Of a DNA stretch of 64,000 nt, positions 26,201 to 41,734 are shown one piece after another. The notes beneath the pieces are model-generated. The model was given only the letters and a program-made list of their open reading frames with translations, was not told where the DNA came from and ran no database searches. The stretch is from assembly GCA_964016885.1 (NCBI GenBank), contig OZ024761.1:17732001-17796000 (forward strand), given 5' to 3'. Both the position numbers and the translations under genes were made by a program. This DNA comes from Eledone cirrhosa. Lineage: Eukaryota. The number at the start of each line of letters is the position of its first letter. The first letter of the stretch is position 1.

Positions 26201-28980
26201 TATAGCTAATGAACCATTAATTTCTGTATTGTGTAAACATACTCTAACACAGAAAAACATAACATTACCGTTTATGAACACATTTCGGAGTCATACTAAC
26301 TAAATTTATTTTAGCATTTCTTCAATAAAGAACAACATACAGTGTTTGACATAATTGGAAAAAAATAATATTGTGTTACTATTAAGCTTTGGCAGATATT
26401 GAAATCCTATCTACAGATTCGTTTAAATATATTATATTGGACTTAAAACTGAGGAAATTATTTTTAAACGTTTGTTTTCCAGTACCAAAATAAAAATACA
26501 TTAGTAAGGTTTTCTGTCTCATAAATGCGTGGTTGTTATAGACACTTAACTATTGTTGTAGGGGTACCGTAATTACCGTCATGTGGGCATTTAAACCTGA
26601 CCGAGTCAATCCTCCCCTCCTCCTGGTTTAATAACTGCCGATTTATTTTGCCAGAGAGAAAGAGATATTTTTCTTTTCTTTAAACGTTAATTTTGCACTT
26701 GGCTTATAATTCCTTTTTCTTCTCTTAGATTGAATAAACCTCAACAATTATATTCAACATAACTCATATTAGTATTCACAGTCAAGGACCTGTTTTTACT
26801 GTATCTGCTTCAAGATATAGGTGGGATAAGGCAGTACAACCCAAAATAAAGTGTCAAAAGAAGGGACACTGATATAAGGTTTGTTGGACTAAGCAACCAA
26901 AGAAATAGATTTTAAAGTTTTAGGCAATAATGAAGACAATTCTGACCAAGATTAGACTCTTACATCCATATTAGCCTCTGTCAATTCAGTAGACCACTGA
27001 ACTTTATTCATAATCAGAAAACAAGGCCACTTATTGACAATAGACCAGACAAAACATTTAACAACAATTACTACAGCGATGGTGCGAGAAGATCAGGGTT
27101 TCTAAATCAGAGAATGTTTCTTTAACACAAACGTATAAAAAGTAGAAGGGATATTGGCAGTGCATAGAACTAGGAAATAACTTCTATCAAATAGATTTTC
27201 TAGTGGCTAGGAACTTAGTAGCTCCAGTTATAATTGTGTTACACAATGTTCAGTAAGTATTTTTCTATTGAAATCAAACTGAAAGGTATACTAAAGCCAC
27301 AGACGTTTATATATATATATGTTTCATCTAAAGTAAAAAAAACGTACGAATTATTACAAGCAGTGTAAGCACGAATTAAAGCTAATAAATGTACCAAGAA
27401 GGCTACCTCAAGATTTGCAATTCATTCAAGAAGAAATCAAACTTATGCATATGTCGACGACATCATTATGGCTAGAGAGGACATGAAGAATCTACAACTA
27501 GAGGTGGAAGACAAGAGAAACGACCATCCTACCTGAAATATTATATGTTATGATATTAAATATTTCTTATACTGTCATGTTTTTTTCTTTAAAACGTTTG
27601 CATCTCAATAAAGTGGAGAAAACTATTATATACAGTTGTTATATCATTATACTTTAGTTTTAACTTATTATTTTTATCTCTTCACATTAGAAAGAATAAA
27701 AACTTAGTAAAATCCTATATGTGTATAAATATAATATATGTAAGTGTGTTTGAAAGTATATAATAATAATAATATGAATGTTGACAAAGAGTTGTAAAAT
27801 CCAAGCAAGGCAACCTACAGTTTTACACTAACAGAGACGGCTTAGAAAACGTTACCTCTTCCAAACGAATGCGAAAGAGATATTTCGAAACTGCCGGTGT
27901 AACACTAAATATATTACCGGTGCAACTATTTTAGTTTACCCTTTTATAAACTCACTCCAGTCATTTCAAATCGTGTTCAGAGTACCGGCAATAAGAAAAA
28001 ATAAAGCGTTTGCAAAGTTTCTAAATCTGCTAAAAATGAAAGATAAATCTCTCACTCTGTCTCCAATATGTAATAAACCGTGACTTATATATATATATTT
28101 GTATGTATGTGTGTATAAATATATATATATATATATATACCTAAGAATGTACATGCACACACACACGTATATGTATATATATTTATATGTATACATATAT
28201 ACATACATGCATATATACATCTGTGTCTATATATATATGTACATATATGTGTAAATATGTATATATATTAGTGTATATATATTGCTATGTATATGCATAT
28301 TCGTATAATTATACTCTATATTATTAGTCCATATATTCATATACAGTTATCCCCCCCTCCCCGGCATTCGTGGGGTTTACGGTCCTAGAGAACCCGAGAA
28401 TAGTGAAAAACCGCGAATATTGTAGATGGTTCATAGAAATGCCTATAAACCTCGAAATAAAACGTAAAATATAATAAAAATCGAGTGAGCGTTTTATGCG
28501 AAGGGGCGTCCAATAGGCCAGAAAATACAATATATTGTTGTTAATAATTTAGCGTTAAAACAATATATATTATCACGAAAAAGGCATATATATATATATA
28601 TATTGATTTGACTGCTATCTCTAGCATACACTAGAAAAAACCGGAGGTGGAGAAAATTGAAAAACTTCTTCTTTTTCCCCCCTCTAACTTTTCAAACAAA
28701 AGAATATTTTATGTAAACAAAAACGAAATTTTTGCCAAGAAAGATAACTCTTCTCTGACTTAAATCCAAAATTGGGATACAAAAAATTGCGGAATTTTTT
28801 TTTGCATCCCAATTTTGGATTTAAGTCAGCGAAGAGTTATCTTTCTTGGCAAAAATTTCGTTTTTGTTTACATAAAATTTCCTTTTGTTTAAAAAGTTAG
28901 AGGGGGAAAAAGAAGAAGTTTTTCAATATTCTCCGCTTCCGGTTTTTCTTTTTATGCTAGAAATAAGAGTGAAAGCAATA

Positions 28981-29021
<41 letters not shown>

Positions 29022-29283
29022 TGAACCCCGACATTCGCGGGCCCATTTATTTGCGGAATATTCCTTAGAACCTAAGTAATAGTGATATATATATATAGAG
29101 AAATAGACATACATATATATATATACACACATATATATCTATATATGTATGTGTGTATACATATATTTATGTATATATATAAGTATTTATAGGTATATAT
29201 ACATTTATACATATATATATATATATACATACATACATACACACACATATATTTATATGTACACACACACACACACATATATA

Positions 29284-29322
<39 letters not shown>

Positions 29323-29383
29323 TGTGCCAATCTATTGAGTACATTGTATTTATTGTGGTTTCTCCCCGGCAATCTACATACGC

Positions 29384-29416
<33 letters not shown>

Positions 29417-32400
29417 TATATATTTATATATATTTATTAGAAGAGGTAAGACGAGTCGCACCTCGTACCCAAAGTACGACATTTGGCTGCTAATTCTAGC
29501 AGGTTTAGAATTTACTATTTTCCAAACAGAATTCTACTTTACACCCCTCACTCTAAACTCGATTTCAAATTACCGGGGAGTTTGTTGAAGCAGGGTTCAA
29601 CTGAAATATCTACACCGGTAACTTAATTAGTGTTACACCGGTATCCCTGAGTCATAAACTATTTGGCATTCTTCGAAGGAGGTACTGGTTTTTTAGCTGT
29701 CTTAAATGGACTATATACGCACACAATGCATATACATAAATTAATGTTTTTCTCTGTAGAAAGAGATTGACATCATTTCTTAAATCATTATTTAGGGTTT
29801 TACAACAAAACATATTGTATGTGTAATTATACATACATTGAATTTACGTATTTATTTTTTTTATTTTTACCTACACTTTAGTAGTATATATATATATTCA
29901 TTTGTGTGTGCGTTCATTTCGTGGGTAACTGCAGTTAACGTTCGCCTCGTGTTGGGTTTTATTACAGAGTTAAAGCGACTAGAGTGAGAATAAAAACGTA
30001 AGAAAGATCGAAAACACTGTTGTATATAAATTTTATTGGCACATTAGAATTGTTACAATATTGATAGCTCGGAGTACAATCATAATATGTATATATTTTT
30101 CACATAAAATTAATATTCAAACTGACTCCAGTGTGTTTATTTTAAAGCGACGTAATTCTACCTCCCAGAGATTTGAACACAGTTTCATGTTACTGGGTGG
30201 TACAATGAAGCAGAGAGAGTATAAATTCGCTACACTGGTGGCATATTTGGTGTTTCACCGGTTTTCTTATAACAACACACTGGATACGACTTGCATGATA
30301 GAGGTAATGTTTTATTTGTCTTCTGTGTTAGAGTATAACTGTAGTTTGACTTGTTAAATTTATAGTATATATCTGTTATATATATTCTTAACTATGCTAT
30401 GATAGCATCTCAATTACTAATTTCATCTCTTCGGAGGTTACTGCCCTGATGTCATCTCTTCCACTAAGACACTCTCCACAAGCTTGCCTCTCCTCGTATC
30501 ATCACCCAAAGTTGTATCAATCTCCACAAAGCCAACACTTCTCATTATGTCTAAGAAAGCCACCTCAAGCAAGTGTTTCGACGTGTGTGTGTAGAATAAA
30601 CGCAAGGTTTGACGGAACAAGAAAATAAAAATTATTCCTTCTCATATATATATCTTGTACATTGTATTATATTAAGGTGTTTCTGTAAATTAAAGCAATG
30701 AAATTGACCCCTAAATTTAACGACACTTTTATATTAACAGACATTCTTCATCTTCATAGTAAGTTAAATCAAGGGTTTACTACTTGGTGCATTTATGTGT
30801 CTTTGTCTTATCTCCAAATAAAGTTTTAAATAGTATGGCACGTTTATTTATATGCTGACTGTCTTACCACCAGAGAGAGTAAAATAAAGCTTTAAATGGC
30901 ATGACTACGTGTTTAAAGCAAGCAAATTCCTTACAGTGTGAGGATAAAAAAAAAATTAATGTTTTAAGTTGATTCGAAATCCAAACACGGCATTCCCCAG
31001 TTCTATGTCTTACCACTAGACTATAAAGACTTAACTGATTTTCTTCTTAATATATACATATATAAACTTATTTTCAGTCTAACAATAAAATAGCTTTAAA
31101 TGTGTCTATTTCCACTCTGTATTTGTTAGTCTGTAGGTGGCCATGTGGGTAGTTGAGGAGTATCTACGCATCAATTGAGTGTGTATAGATTGGTGATAGG
31201 GTTTCGATCTTCTACTTTATCTTAAATTTAAATAAGTTTTATTTTTTTCATCTAAAGAATGGTCTCCACCTTTTTATTAGTTCCCCCTCCGCTCGAACCT
31301 ACACTACCTACACAACCACCAAGTGGCCGTAATTCTACTGCGCAAATTTCATATATTTAAATCTATTTTAGCATTTCTTTGATAAAGAACCACATACGAT
31401 GTTTGACATAATTGAAAAAAAAAAGAAAAAATATTATTTTACTATTTCATAAGCTCTGGCAGGTATCGAAAACCTCATATATGGATTCATTTTACTTACA
31501 TCATAAACACACATATGTATATATAATAATAATTTTTTGATAACTTTTCAGTGACAAAATACATACATGGATAGGGTTTCCAATCTCAGAATATATCTCC
31601 ACTAGGAATGTGTGTGTGTGTATATCTTTATTATTCCTTTGAAAAGTAGTTTTAATTTTAAAAAATTATATATTTCACTATTTCTAAAGTCTTGGCAGAT
31701 ATTCCATCTCCATCTGTAGATTCATTTAAATACATTGTATTTGACTTACGTGAAATTCAATATATAATTTTTTTCTAAATTTTGTTTTCAAGTACCAAAA
31801 TAAAAACAAATTAGTAAGGTTTTCAGTCACTTAAATGCGTGATTGTTATAGACACTTAGCTATTGCTGTCGGGCTGTCATATTTACCGTCATGTGTGCAT
31901 TTAAATCTGACTGAGTCAATCCTCCCATTCTCCTGGTCTAAAAACGGCCTATTTATTTTACAGGAGAGAAAGCGAGATACCTTTCTTATGCCTTTAAACG
32001 TTAATTTTGCACTTGACTTATAATTCCCTTTCCTTCTCTTTAGATTGAAAAACAAAAATATTTTACGTCTACAATTATATTCAACATAATTCATGTCAGT
32101 CTTCACAAGTTTTTGCTACATCTGATTCAAGCTGTTATGGCTTTGGGAGGAAAGTATCCAGCTAAGAATGTATTCCGTAGTAAGTGTCATAAGAAAGATT
32201 TGTAGGTCTAAGAAACCTAACAAATAGATTTCAAATTTGTCGGCAATTAAACAAAACTTTAAAATAAGCAATACTAAAGCCACAAACGTTTTTCTATCTA
32301 CGTCTCATCTGAAGAAAAAAAAACAAAACAAACCGCTCGAATGATTACGAGGAGTGCAAATAGAGAAATATAGCTAATGAACCATTAATTTCTGTATTGT

Positions 32401-35125
32401 GTAAACATACTCTAACACAGAAAAACATAACATTACCGTTTATGAACACATTTCGGAGTCATACTAACTAAATTTATTTTAGCATTTCTTCAATAAAGAA
32501 CAACATACAGTGTTTGACATAATTGGAAAAAAATAATATTGTGTTACTATTAAGCTTTGGCAGATATTGAAATCCTATCTACAGATTCGTTTAAATATAT
32601 TATATTGGACTTAAAACTGAGGAAATTATTTTTAAACGTTTGTTTTCCAGTACCAAAATAAAAATACATTAGTAAGGTTTTCTGTCTCATAAATGCGTGG
32701 TTGTTATAGACACTTAACTATTGTTGTAGGGGTACCGTAATTACCGTCATGTGGGCATTTAAACCTGACCGAGTCAATCCTCCCCTCCTCCTGGTTTAAT
32801 AACTGCCGATTTATTTTGCCAGAGAGAAAGAGATATTTTTCTTTTCTTTAAACGTTAATTTTGCACTTGGCTTATAATTCCTTTTTCTTCTCTTAGATTG
32901 AATAAACCTCAACAATTATATTCAACATAACTCATATTAGTATTCACAGTCAAGGACCTGTTTTTACTGTATCTGCTTCAAGATATAGGTGGGATAAGGC
33001 AGTACAACCCAAAATAAAGTGTCAAAAGAAGGGACACTGATATAAGGTTTGTTGGACTAAGCAACCAAAGAAATAGATTTTAAAGTTTTAGGCAATAATG
33101 AAGACAATTCTGACCAAGATTAGACTCTTACATCCATATTAGCCTCTGTCAATTCAGTAGACCACTGAACTTTATTCATAATCAGAAAACAAGGCCACTT
33201 ATTGACAATAGACCAGACAAAACATTTAACAACAATTACTACAGCGATGGTGCGAGAAGATCAGGGTTTCTAAATCAGAGAATGTTTCTTTAACACAAAC
33301 GTATAAAAAGTAGAAGGGATATTGGCAGTGCATAGAACTAGGAAATAACTTCTATCAAATAGATTTTCTAGTGGCTAGGAACTTAGTAGCTCCAGTTATA
33401 ATTGTGTTACACAATGTTCAGTAAGTATTTTTCTATTGAAATCAAGCTGAAAGGTATACTAAAGCCACAGACGTTTATATATATATATGTTTCATCTAAA
33501 GTTTAAAAAAAAACGTACGAATTATTACAAGCAGTGTAAGCACGAATTAAAGCTAATAAATGTACCAAGAAGGCTACCTCAAGATTTGCAATTCATTCAA
33601 GAAGAAATCAAACTTATGCATATGTCGACGACATCATTATGGCTAGAGAGGACATGAAGAATCTACAACTAGAGGTGGAAGACAAGAGAAACGACCATCC
33701 TACCTGAAATATTATATGTTATGATATTAAATATTTCTTATACTGTCATGTTTTTTTCTTTAAAACGTTTGCATCTCAATAAAGTGGAGAAAACTATTAT
33801 ATACAGTTGTTATATCATTATACTTTAGTTTTAACTTATTATTTCTATCTCTTCACATTAGAAAGAATAAAAACTTAGTAAAATCCTATATGTGTATAAA
33901 TATAATATATGTAAGTGTGTTTGAAAGTATATAATAATAATATGAATGTTGACAAAGAGTTGTAAAATCCAAGCAAGGCAACCTACAGTTTTACACTAAC
34001 AGAGACGGCTTAGAAAACGTTACCTCTTCCAAACGAATGCGAAAGAGATTGTTTCGAAACTGCCGGTGTAACACTAAATATATTACCGGTGCAACTATTT
34101 TAGTTTACCCTTTTATAAACTCACTCCAGTCATTTCAAATCGTGTTCAGAGTACCGGCAATAAGAAAAAATAAAGCGTTTGCAAAGTTTCTAAATCTGCT
34201 AAAAATGAAAGATAAATCTCTCACTCTGTCTCCAATATCTAATAAACCGTGACTTATATATATTTGTGTGTATAAATATATATATATATATACCTAAGAA
34301 TGTACATACACACACACACGTATATGTATATATATTTATATGTATACATATATACATACATGCATATATACATCTGTGTCTATATATATATGTACATATA
34401 TGTGTAAATATGTATATATATTAGTGTATATATATTGCTATGTATATGCATATTCGTATAATTATACTCTATATTATTAGTCCATATATTCATATACAGT
34501 TATCCCCCCGGCATTCGTGGGGTTTACGGTCCTAGAGAACCCGAGAATAGTGAAAAACCGCGAATATTGTAGATGGTCCATAGAAATGCCTATAAACCTC
34601 GAAATAAAATGTAAAATATAATAAAAATCGAGTGAGCGTTTTATGCGAAGGGGCGTCCAATAGGCCAGAAAATACAATATATTGTTGTTAATAATTTAGC
34701 GTTAAAACAATATATATTATCACGAAAAAGGCATATATATATATATATTGATTTGACTGCTATCTCTAGCATACACTAGAAAAAACCGGAGGTGGAGAAA
34801 ATTGAAAAACTTCTTCTTTTTCCCCCCTCTAACTTTTCAAACAAAAGAATATTTTATGTAAACAAAAACGAAATTTTTGCCAAGAAAGATAACTCTTCTC
34901 TGACTTAAATCCAAAATTGGGATACAAAAAATTGCGGAATTTTTTTTTGCATCCCAATTTTGGATTTAAGTCAGCGAAGAGTTATCTTTCTTGGCAAAAA
35001 TTTCGTTTTTGTTTACATAAAATTTCCTTTTGTTTAAAAAGTTAAAGGGGGAAAAAGAAGAAGTTTTTCAATATTCTCCGCTTCCGGTTTTTCTTTTTAT
35101 GCTAGAAATAAGAGTGAAAGCAATA

Positions 35126-35164
<39 letters not shown>

Positions 35165-35420
35165 TGAACCCCGACATTCGCGGGCCCATTTATTTGCGGA
35201 ATATTCCTTAGAACCTAAGTAATAGTGATATATATATATATAGAAATAGACATACATATATATATATACACACATATATATCTATATATGTATGTGTGTA
35301 TACATATATTTATGTATATATATAAGTATTTATAGGTATATATACATTTATACATATATATATATATACATACATACACACACATATATTTATATGTACA
35401 CACACACACACACATATATA

Positions 35421-35479
<59 letters not shown>

Positions 35480-35540
35480 TGTGCCAATCTATTGAGTACA
35501 TTGTATTTATTGTGGTTTCTCCCCGGCAATCTACATACGC

Positions 35541-35575
<35 letters not shown>

Positions 35576-38500
35576 TATATATTTATATATATTTATTAGA
35601 AGAGGTAAGACGAGTCGCACCTCGTACCCAAAGTACGACATTTGGCTGCTAATTCTAGCAGGTTTAGAATTTACTATTTTCCAAACAGAATTCTACTTTA
35701 CACCTTTCACTCTAAACTCGATTTCAAATTACCGGGGAGTTTGTTGAAGCAGGGTTCAACTGAAATATCTACACCGGTAACTTAATTAGTGTTACACCGG
35801 TATCCCTGAGTCATAAACTATTTGGCATTCTTCGAAGGAGGTACTGGTTTTTTAGCTGTCTTAAATGGACTATATACGCACACAATGCATATACATAAAT
35901 TAATGTTTTTCTCTGTAGAAAGAGATTGACATCATTTCTTAAATCATTATTTAGGGTTTTACAACAAAACATATTGTATGTGTAATTATACATACATTGA
36001 ATTTACGTATTTATTTTTTTTATTTTTACCTACACTTTAGTAGTATATATATATATTCATTTGTGTGTGCGTTCATTTCGTGGGTAACTGCAGTTAACGT
36101 TCGTCTCGTGTTGGCTTTTATTACAGAGTTAAAGCGACTGTAGAGTGAGAATAAAAAAAGTAAGAAAGATCGAAAACACTGTTTTATATAAATTTTATTG
36201 GCACATTAGAATTGTTACAATATTGATAGCTCGGAGTACAATCATAATATGTATATATTTTTCACATAAAATTAATATTCAAACTGACTCCAGTGTGTTT
36301 ATTTTAAAGCGACGTAATTCTACCTCCCAGAGATTTGAACACAGTTTCATGTTACTGGGTGGTACAATGAAGCAGAGAGAGTATAAAATCGCTACACTGG
36401 TGGCATATTTAGTGTTTCACCGGTTTTCTTATGACAACACACTGGATACGACTTGCATGATAGAGGTAAAGTTTTATTTGTCTTCTGTGTTAGAGTATAA
36501 CTGTAGTTTGACTTGTTAAATTTATAGTATATATCTGTTATATATATTCTTAACTATGCTATGATAGCATCTCAATTACTAATTTCATCTCTTCGGAGGT
36601 TACTGCCCTGATGTCATCTCTTCCACTAAGACACTCTCCACAAGCTTGCCTCTCCTCGTATCATCACCCAAAGTTGTATCAATCTCAACAAAGCCAACAC
36701 TTCTCATTATGTCTAAGAAAGCCACCTCAAGCAAGTGTTTCGACGTGTGTGTGTAGAATAAACGCAAGGTTTGACGGAACAAGAAAATAAAAATTATTCC
36801 TTCTGATATATATATCTTGTACATTGTATTATATTAAGGTGTTTCTGTAAATTAAAAACAATGAAATTGACCCCTAAATTTAACGACACTTTTATATTAA
36901 CAGACATTCTTCATCTTCATAGTAAGTTAAATCAAGGGTTTACTACTTGGTGCATTTATGTGTCTTTGTCTTATCTCCAAATAAAGTTTTAAATAGTATG
37001 GCACGTTTATTTATATGCTGACTGTCTTACCACCAGAGAGAGTAAAATAAAGCTTTAAATGGCATGACTACGTGTTCAAAGCAAGCAAATTCCTTACAGT
37101 GTGAGGATAAAAAAAAAATTAATGTTTTAAGTTGATTCGAAATCCAAACACGGCATTCCCCAGTTCTATGTCTTACCACTAGACTATAAAGACTTAACTG
37201 ATTTTCTTCTTAATATATACATATATAAACTTATTTTCAGTCTAACAATAAAATAGCTTTAAATGTGTCTATTTCCACTCTGTATTTGTTAGTCTGTAGG
37301 TGGCCATGTGGGTAGTTGAGGAGTATCTACGCATCAATTGAGTGTGTATAGATTGGTGATAGGGTTTCGATCTTCTACTTTATCTTAAATTTAAATAAGT
37401 TTTATTTTTTTCATCTAAAGAATGGTCTCCACCTTTTTATTAGTTCCCCCTCCGCTCGAACCTACACTACCTACACAACCACCAAGTGGCCGTAATTCTA
37501 CTGCGCAAATTTCATATATTTAAATCTATTTTAGCATTTCTTTGATAAAGAACCACATACGATGTTTGACATAATTGAAAAAAAAAAGAAAAAATATTAT
37601 TTTACTATTTCATAAGCTCTGGCAGGTATCGAAAACCTCATATATGGATTCATTTTACTTACATCATAAACACACATATGTATATATAATAATAATTTTT
37701 TGACAACTTTTCAGTGACAAAATACATACATGGATAGGGTTTCCAATCTCAGAATATATCTCCACTAGGAATGTGTGTGTATATCTTTATTATTCCTTTG
37801 AAAAGTAGTTTTAATTTTAAAAAATTATATATTTCACTATTTCTAAAGTCTTGGCAGATATTCCATCTCCATCTATAGATTCATTTAAATACATTGTATT
37901 TGACTTACGTGAAATTCAATATATAATTTTTTTCTAAATTTTGTTTTCAAGTACCAAAATAAAAACAAATTAGTAAGGTTTTCAGTCACTTAAATGCGTG
38001 ATTGTTATAGACACTTAGCTATTGTTGTAGGGCTGTCATATTTACCGTCATGTGTGCATTTAAATCTGACTGAGTCAATCCTCCCATTCTCCTGGTCTAA
38101 AAACGGCCTATTTATTTTACAGGAGAGAAAGCGAGATACCTTTTTTATGCCTTTAAACGTTAATTTTGCACTTGACTTATAATTCCCTTTCCTTCTCTTT
38201 AGATTGAAAAACAAAAATATTTTACGTCTACAATTATATTCAACATAATTCATGTCAGTCTTCACAAGTTTTTGCTACATCTGATTCAAGCTGTTATGGC
38301 TTTGGGAGGAAAGTATCCAGCTAAGAATGTATTCCGTAGTAAGTGTCATAAGAAAGATTTGTAGGTCTAAGAAACCTAACAAATAGATTTCAAATTTGTC
38401 GGCAATTAAACAAAACTTTAAAATAAGCAATACTAAAGCCACAAACGTTTTTCTATCTACGTCTCAGCTGAAGAAAAAAAAACAAAACAAACCGCTCGAA

Positions 38501-41290
38501 TGATTACGAGGAGTGCAAATAGAGAAATATAGCTAATGAACCATTAATTTCTGTATTGTGTAAACATACTCTAACACAGAAAAACATAACATTACCGTTT
38601 ATGAACACATTTCGGAGTCATACTAACTAAATTTATTTTAGCATTTCTTCAATAAAGAACAACATACAGTGTTTGACATAATTGAAAAAAAATAATATTG
38701 TGTTACTATTAAGCTTTGGCAGATATTGAAATCCTATCTACAGATTCGTTTAAATATATTATATTGGACTTAAAACTGAGGAAATTATTTTTAAACGTTT
38801 GTTTTCCAGTACCAAAATAAAAATACATTAGTAAGGTTTTCTGTCTCATAAATGCGTGGTTGTTATAGACACTTAACTATTGTTGTAGGGGTACCGTAAT
38901 TACCGTCATGTGGGCATTTAAACCTGACCGAGTCAATCCTCCCCTCCTCCTGGTTTAATAACTGCCGATTTATTTTGCCAGAGAGAAAGAGATATTTTTC
39001 TTTTCTTTAAACGTTAATTTTGCACTTGGCTTATAATTCCTTTTTCTTCTCTTAGATTGAATAAACCTCAACAATTATATTCAACATAACTCATATTAGT
39101 ATTCACAGTCAAGGACCTGTTTTTACTGTATCTGCTTCAAGATATTATAGGTGGGATAAGGCAGTACAACCCAAAATAAAGTGTCAAAAGAAGGGACACT
39201 GATATAAGGTTTGTTGGACTAAGCAACCGAAGAAATAGATTTTAAAGTTTTAGGCAATAATGAAGACAATTCTGACCAAGATTAGACTCTTACATCCATA
39301 TTAGCCTCTGTCAATTCAGTAGACCACTGAACTTTATTCATAATCAGAAAACAAGGCCACTTATTGACAATAGACCAGACAAAACATTTAACAACAATTA
39401 CTACAGCGATGGTGCGAGAAGATCAGGGTTTCTAAATCAGAGAATGTTTCTTTAACACAAACGTATAAAAAGTAGAAGGGATATTGGCAGTGCATAGAAC
39501 TAGGAAATAACTTCTATCAAATAGATTTTCTAGTGGCTAGGAACTTAGTAGCTCCAGTTATAATTGTGTTACACAATGTTCAGTAAGTATTTTTCTATTG
39601 AAATCAAACTGAAAGGTATACTAAAGCCACAGACGTTTATATATATATATGTTTCATCTAAAGTAAAAAAAAAAACGTACGAATTATTACAAGCAGTGTA
39701 AGCACGAATTAAAGCTAATAAATGTACCAAGAAGGCTACCTCAAGATTTGCAATTCATTCAAGAAGAAATCAAACTTATGCATATGTCGACGACATCATT
39801 ATGGCTAGAGAGGACATGAAGAATCTACAACTAGAGGTGGAAGACAAGAGAAACGACCATCCTACCTGAAATATTATATGTTATGATATTAAATATTTCT
39901 TATACTGTCATGTTTTTTTCTTTAAAACGTTTGCATCTCAATAAAGTGGAGAAAACTATTATATACAGTTGTTATATCATTATACTTTAGTTTTAACTTA
40001 TTATTTTTATCTCTTCACATTAGAAAGAATAACAACTTAGTAAAATCCTATATGTGTATAAATATAATATATGTAAGTGTGTTTGAAAGTATATAATAAT
40101 AATAATATGAATGTTGACAAAGAGTTGTAAAATCCAAGCAAGGCAACCTACAGTTTTACACTAACAGAGACGGCTTAGAAAACGTTACCTCTTCCAAACG
40201 AATGCGAAAGAGATTGTTTCGAAACTGCCGGTGTAACACTAAATATATTACCGGTGCAACTATTTTAGTTTACCCTTTTATAAACTCACTCCAGTCATTT
40301 CAAATCGTGTTCAGAGTACCGGCAATAAGAAAAAATAAAGCGTTTGCAAAGTTTCTAAATCTGCTAAAAATGAAAGATAAATCTCTCACTCTGTCTCCAA
40401 TATCTAATAAACCGTGACTTATATATATTTGTGTGTATAAATATATATATATATATACCTAAGAATGTACATACACACACACACGTATATGTATATATAT
40501 TTATATGTATACATATATACATACATGCATATATACATCTGTGTCTATATATATATGTACATATATGTGTAAATATGTATATATATTAGTGTATATATAT
40601 TGCTATGTATATGCATATTCGTATAATTATACTCTATATTATTAGTCCATATATTCATATACAGTTATCCCCCCGGCATTCGTGGGGTTTACGGTCCTAG
40701 AGAACCCGAGAATAGTGAAAAACCGCGAATATTGTAGATGGTCCATAGAAATGCCTATAAACCTCGAAATAAAACGTAAAATATAATAAAAATCGAGTGA
40801 GCGTTTTATGCGAAGGGGCGTCCAATAGGCCAGAAAATACAATATATTGTTGTTAATAATTTAGCGTTAAAACAATATATATTATCACGAAAAAGGCATA
40901 TATATATATATATTGATTTGACTGCTATCTCTAGCATACACTAGAAAAAACCGGAGGTGGAGAAAATTGAAAAACTTCTTCTTTTTCCCCCCTCTAACTT
41001 TTCAAACAAAAGAATATTTTATGTAAACAAAAACGAAATTTTTACCAAGAAAGATAACTCTTCTCTGACTTAAATCCAAAATTGGGATACAAAAAATTGC
41101 GGAATTTTTTTTTGCATCCCAATTTTGGATTTAAGTCAGCGAAGAGTTATCTTTCTTGGCAAAAATTTCGTTTTTGTTTACATAAAATTTCCTTTTGTTT
41201 AAAAAGTTAGAGGGGGAAAAAGAAGAAGTTTTTCAATATTCTCCGCTTCCGGTTTTTCTTTTTATGCTAGAAATAAGAGTGAAAGCAATA

Positions 41291-41331
<41 letters not shown>

Positions 41332-41589
41332 TGAACCCCGACATTCGCGGGCCCATTTATTTGCGGAATATTCCTTAGAACCTAAGTAATAGTGATATAT
41401 ATATATAGAGAAATAGACATACATATATATATACACACATATATATCTATATATGTATGTGTGTATACATATATTTATGTATATATATAAGTATTTATAT
41501 GTATATATACATTTATACATATATATATATATACATACATACATACACACACATATATTTATATGTACACACACACACACACATATATA

Positions 41590-41642
<53 letters not shown>

Positions 41643-41703
41643 TGTGCCAATCTATTGAGTACATTGTATTTATTGTGGTTTCTCCCGGGCAATCTACATA
41701 CGC

Positions 41704-41734
<31 letters not shown>
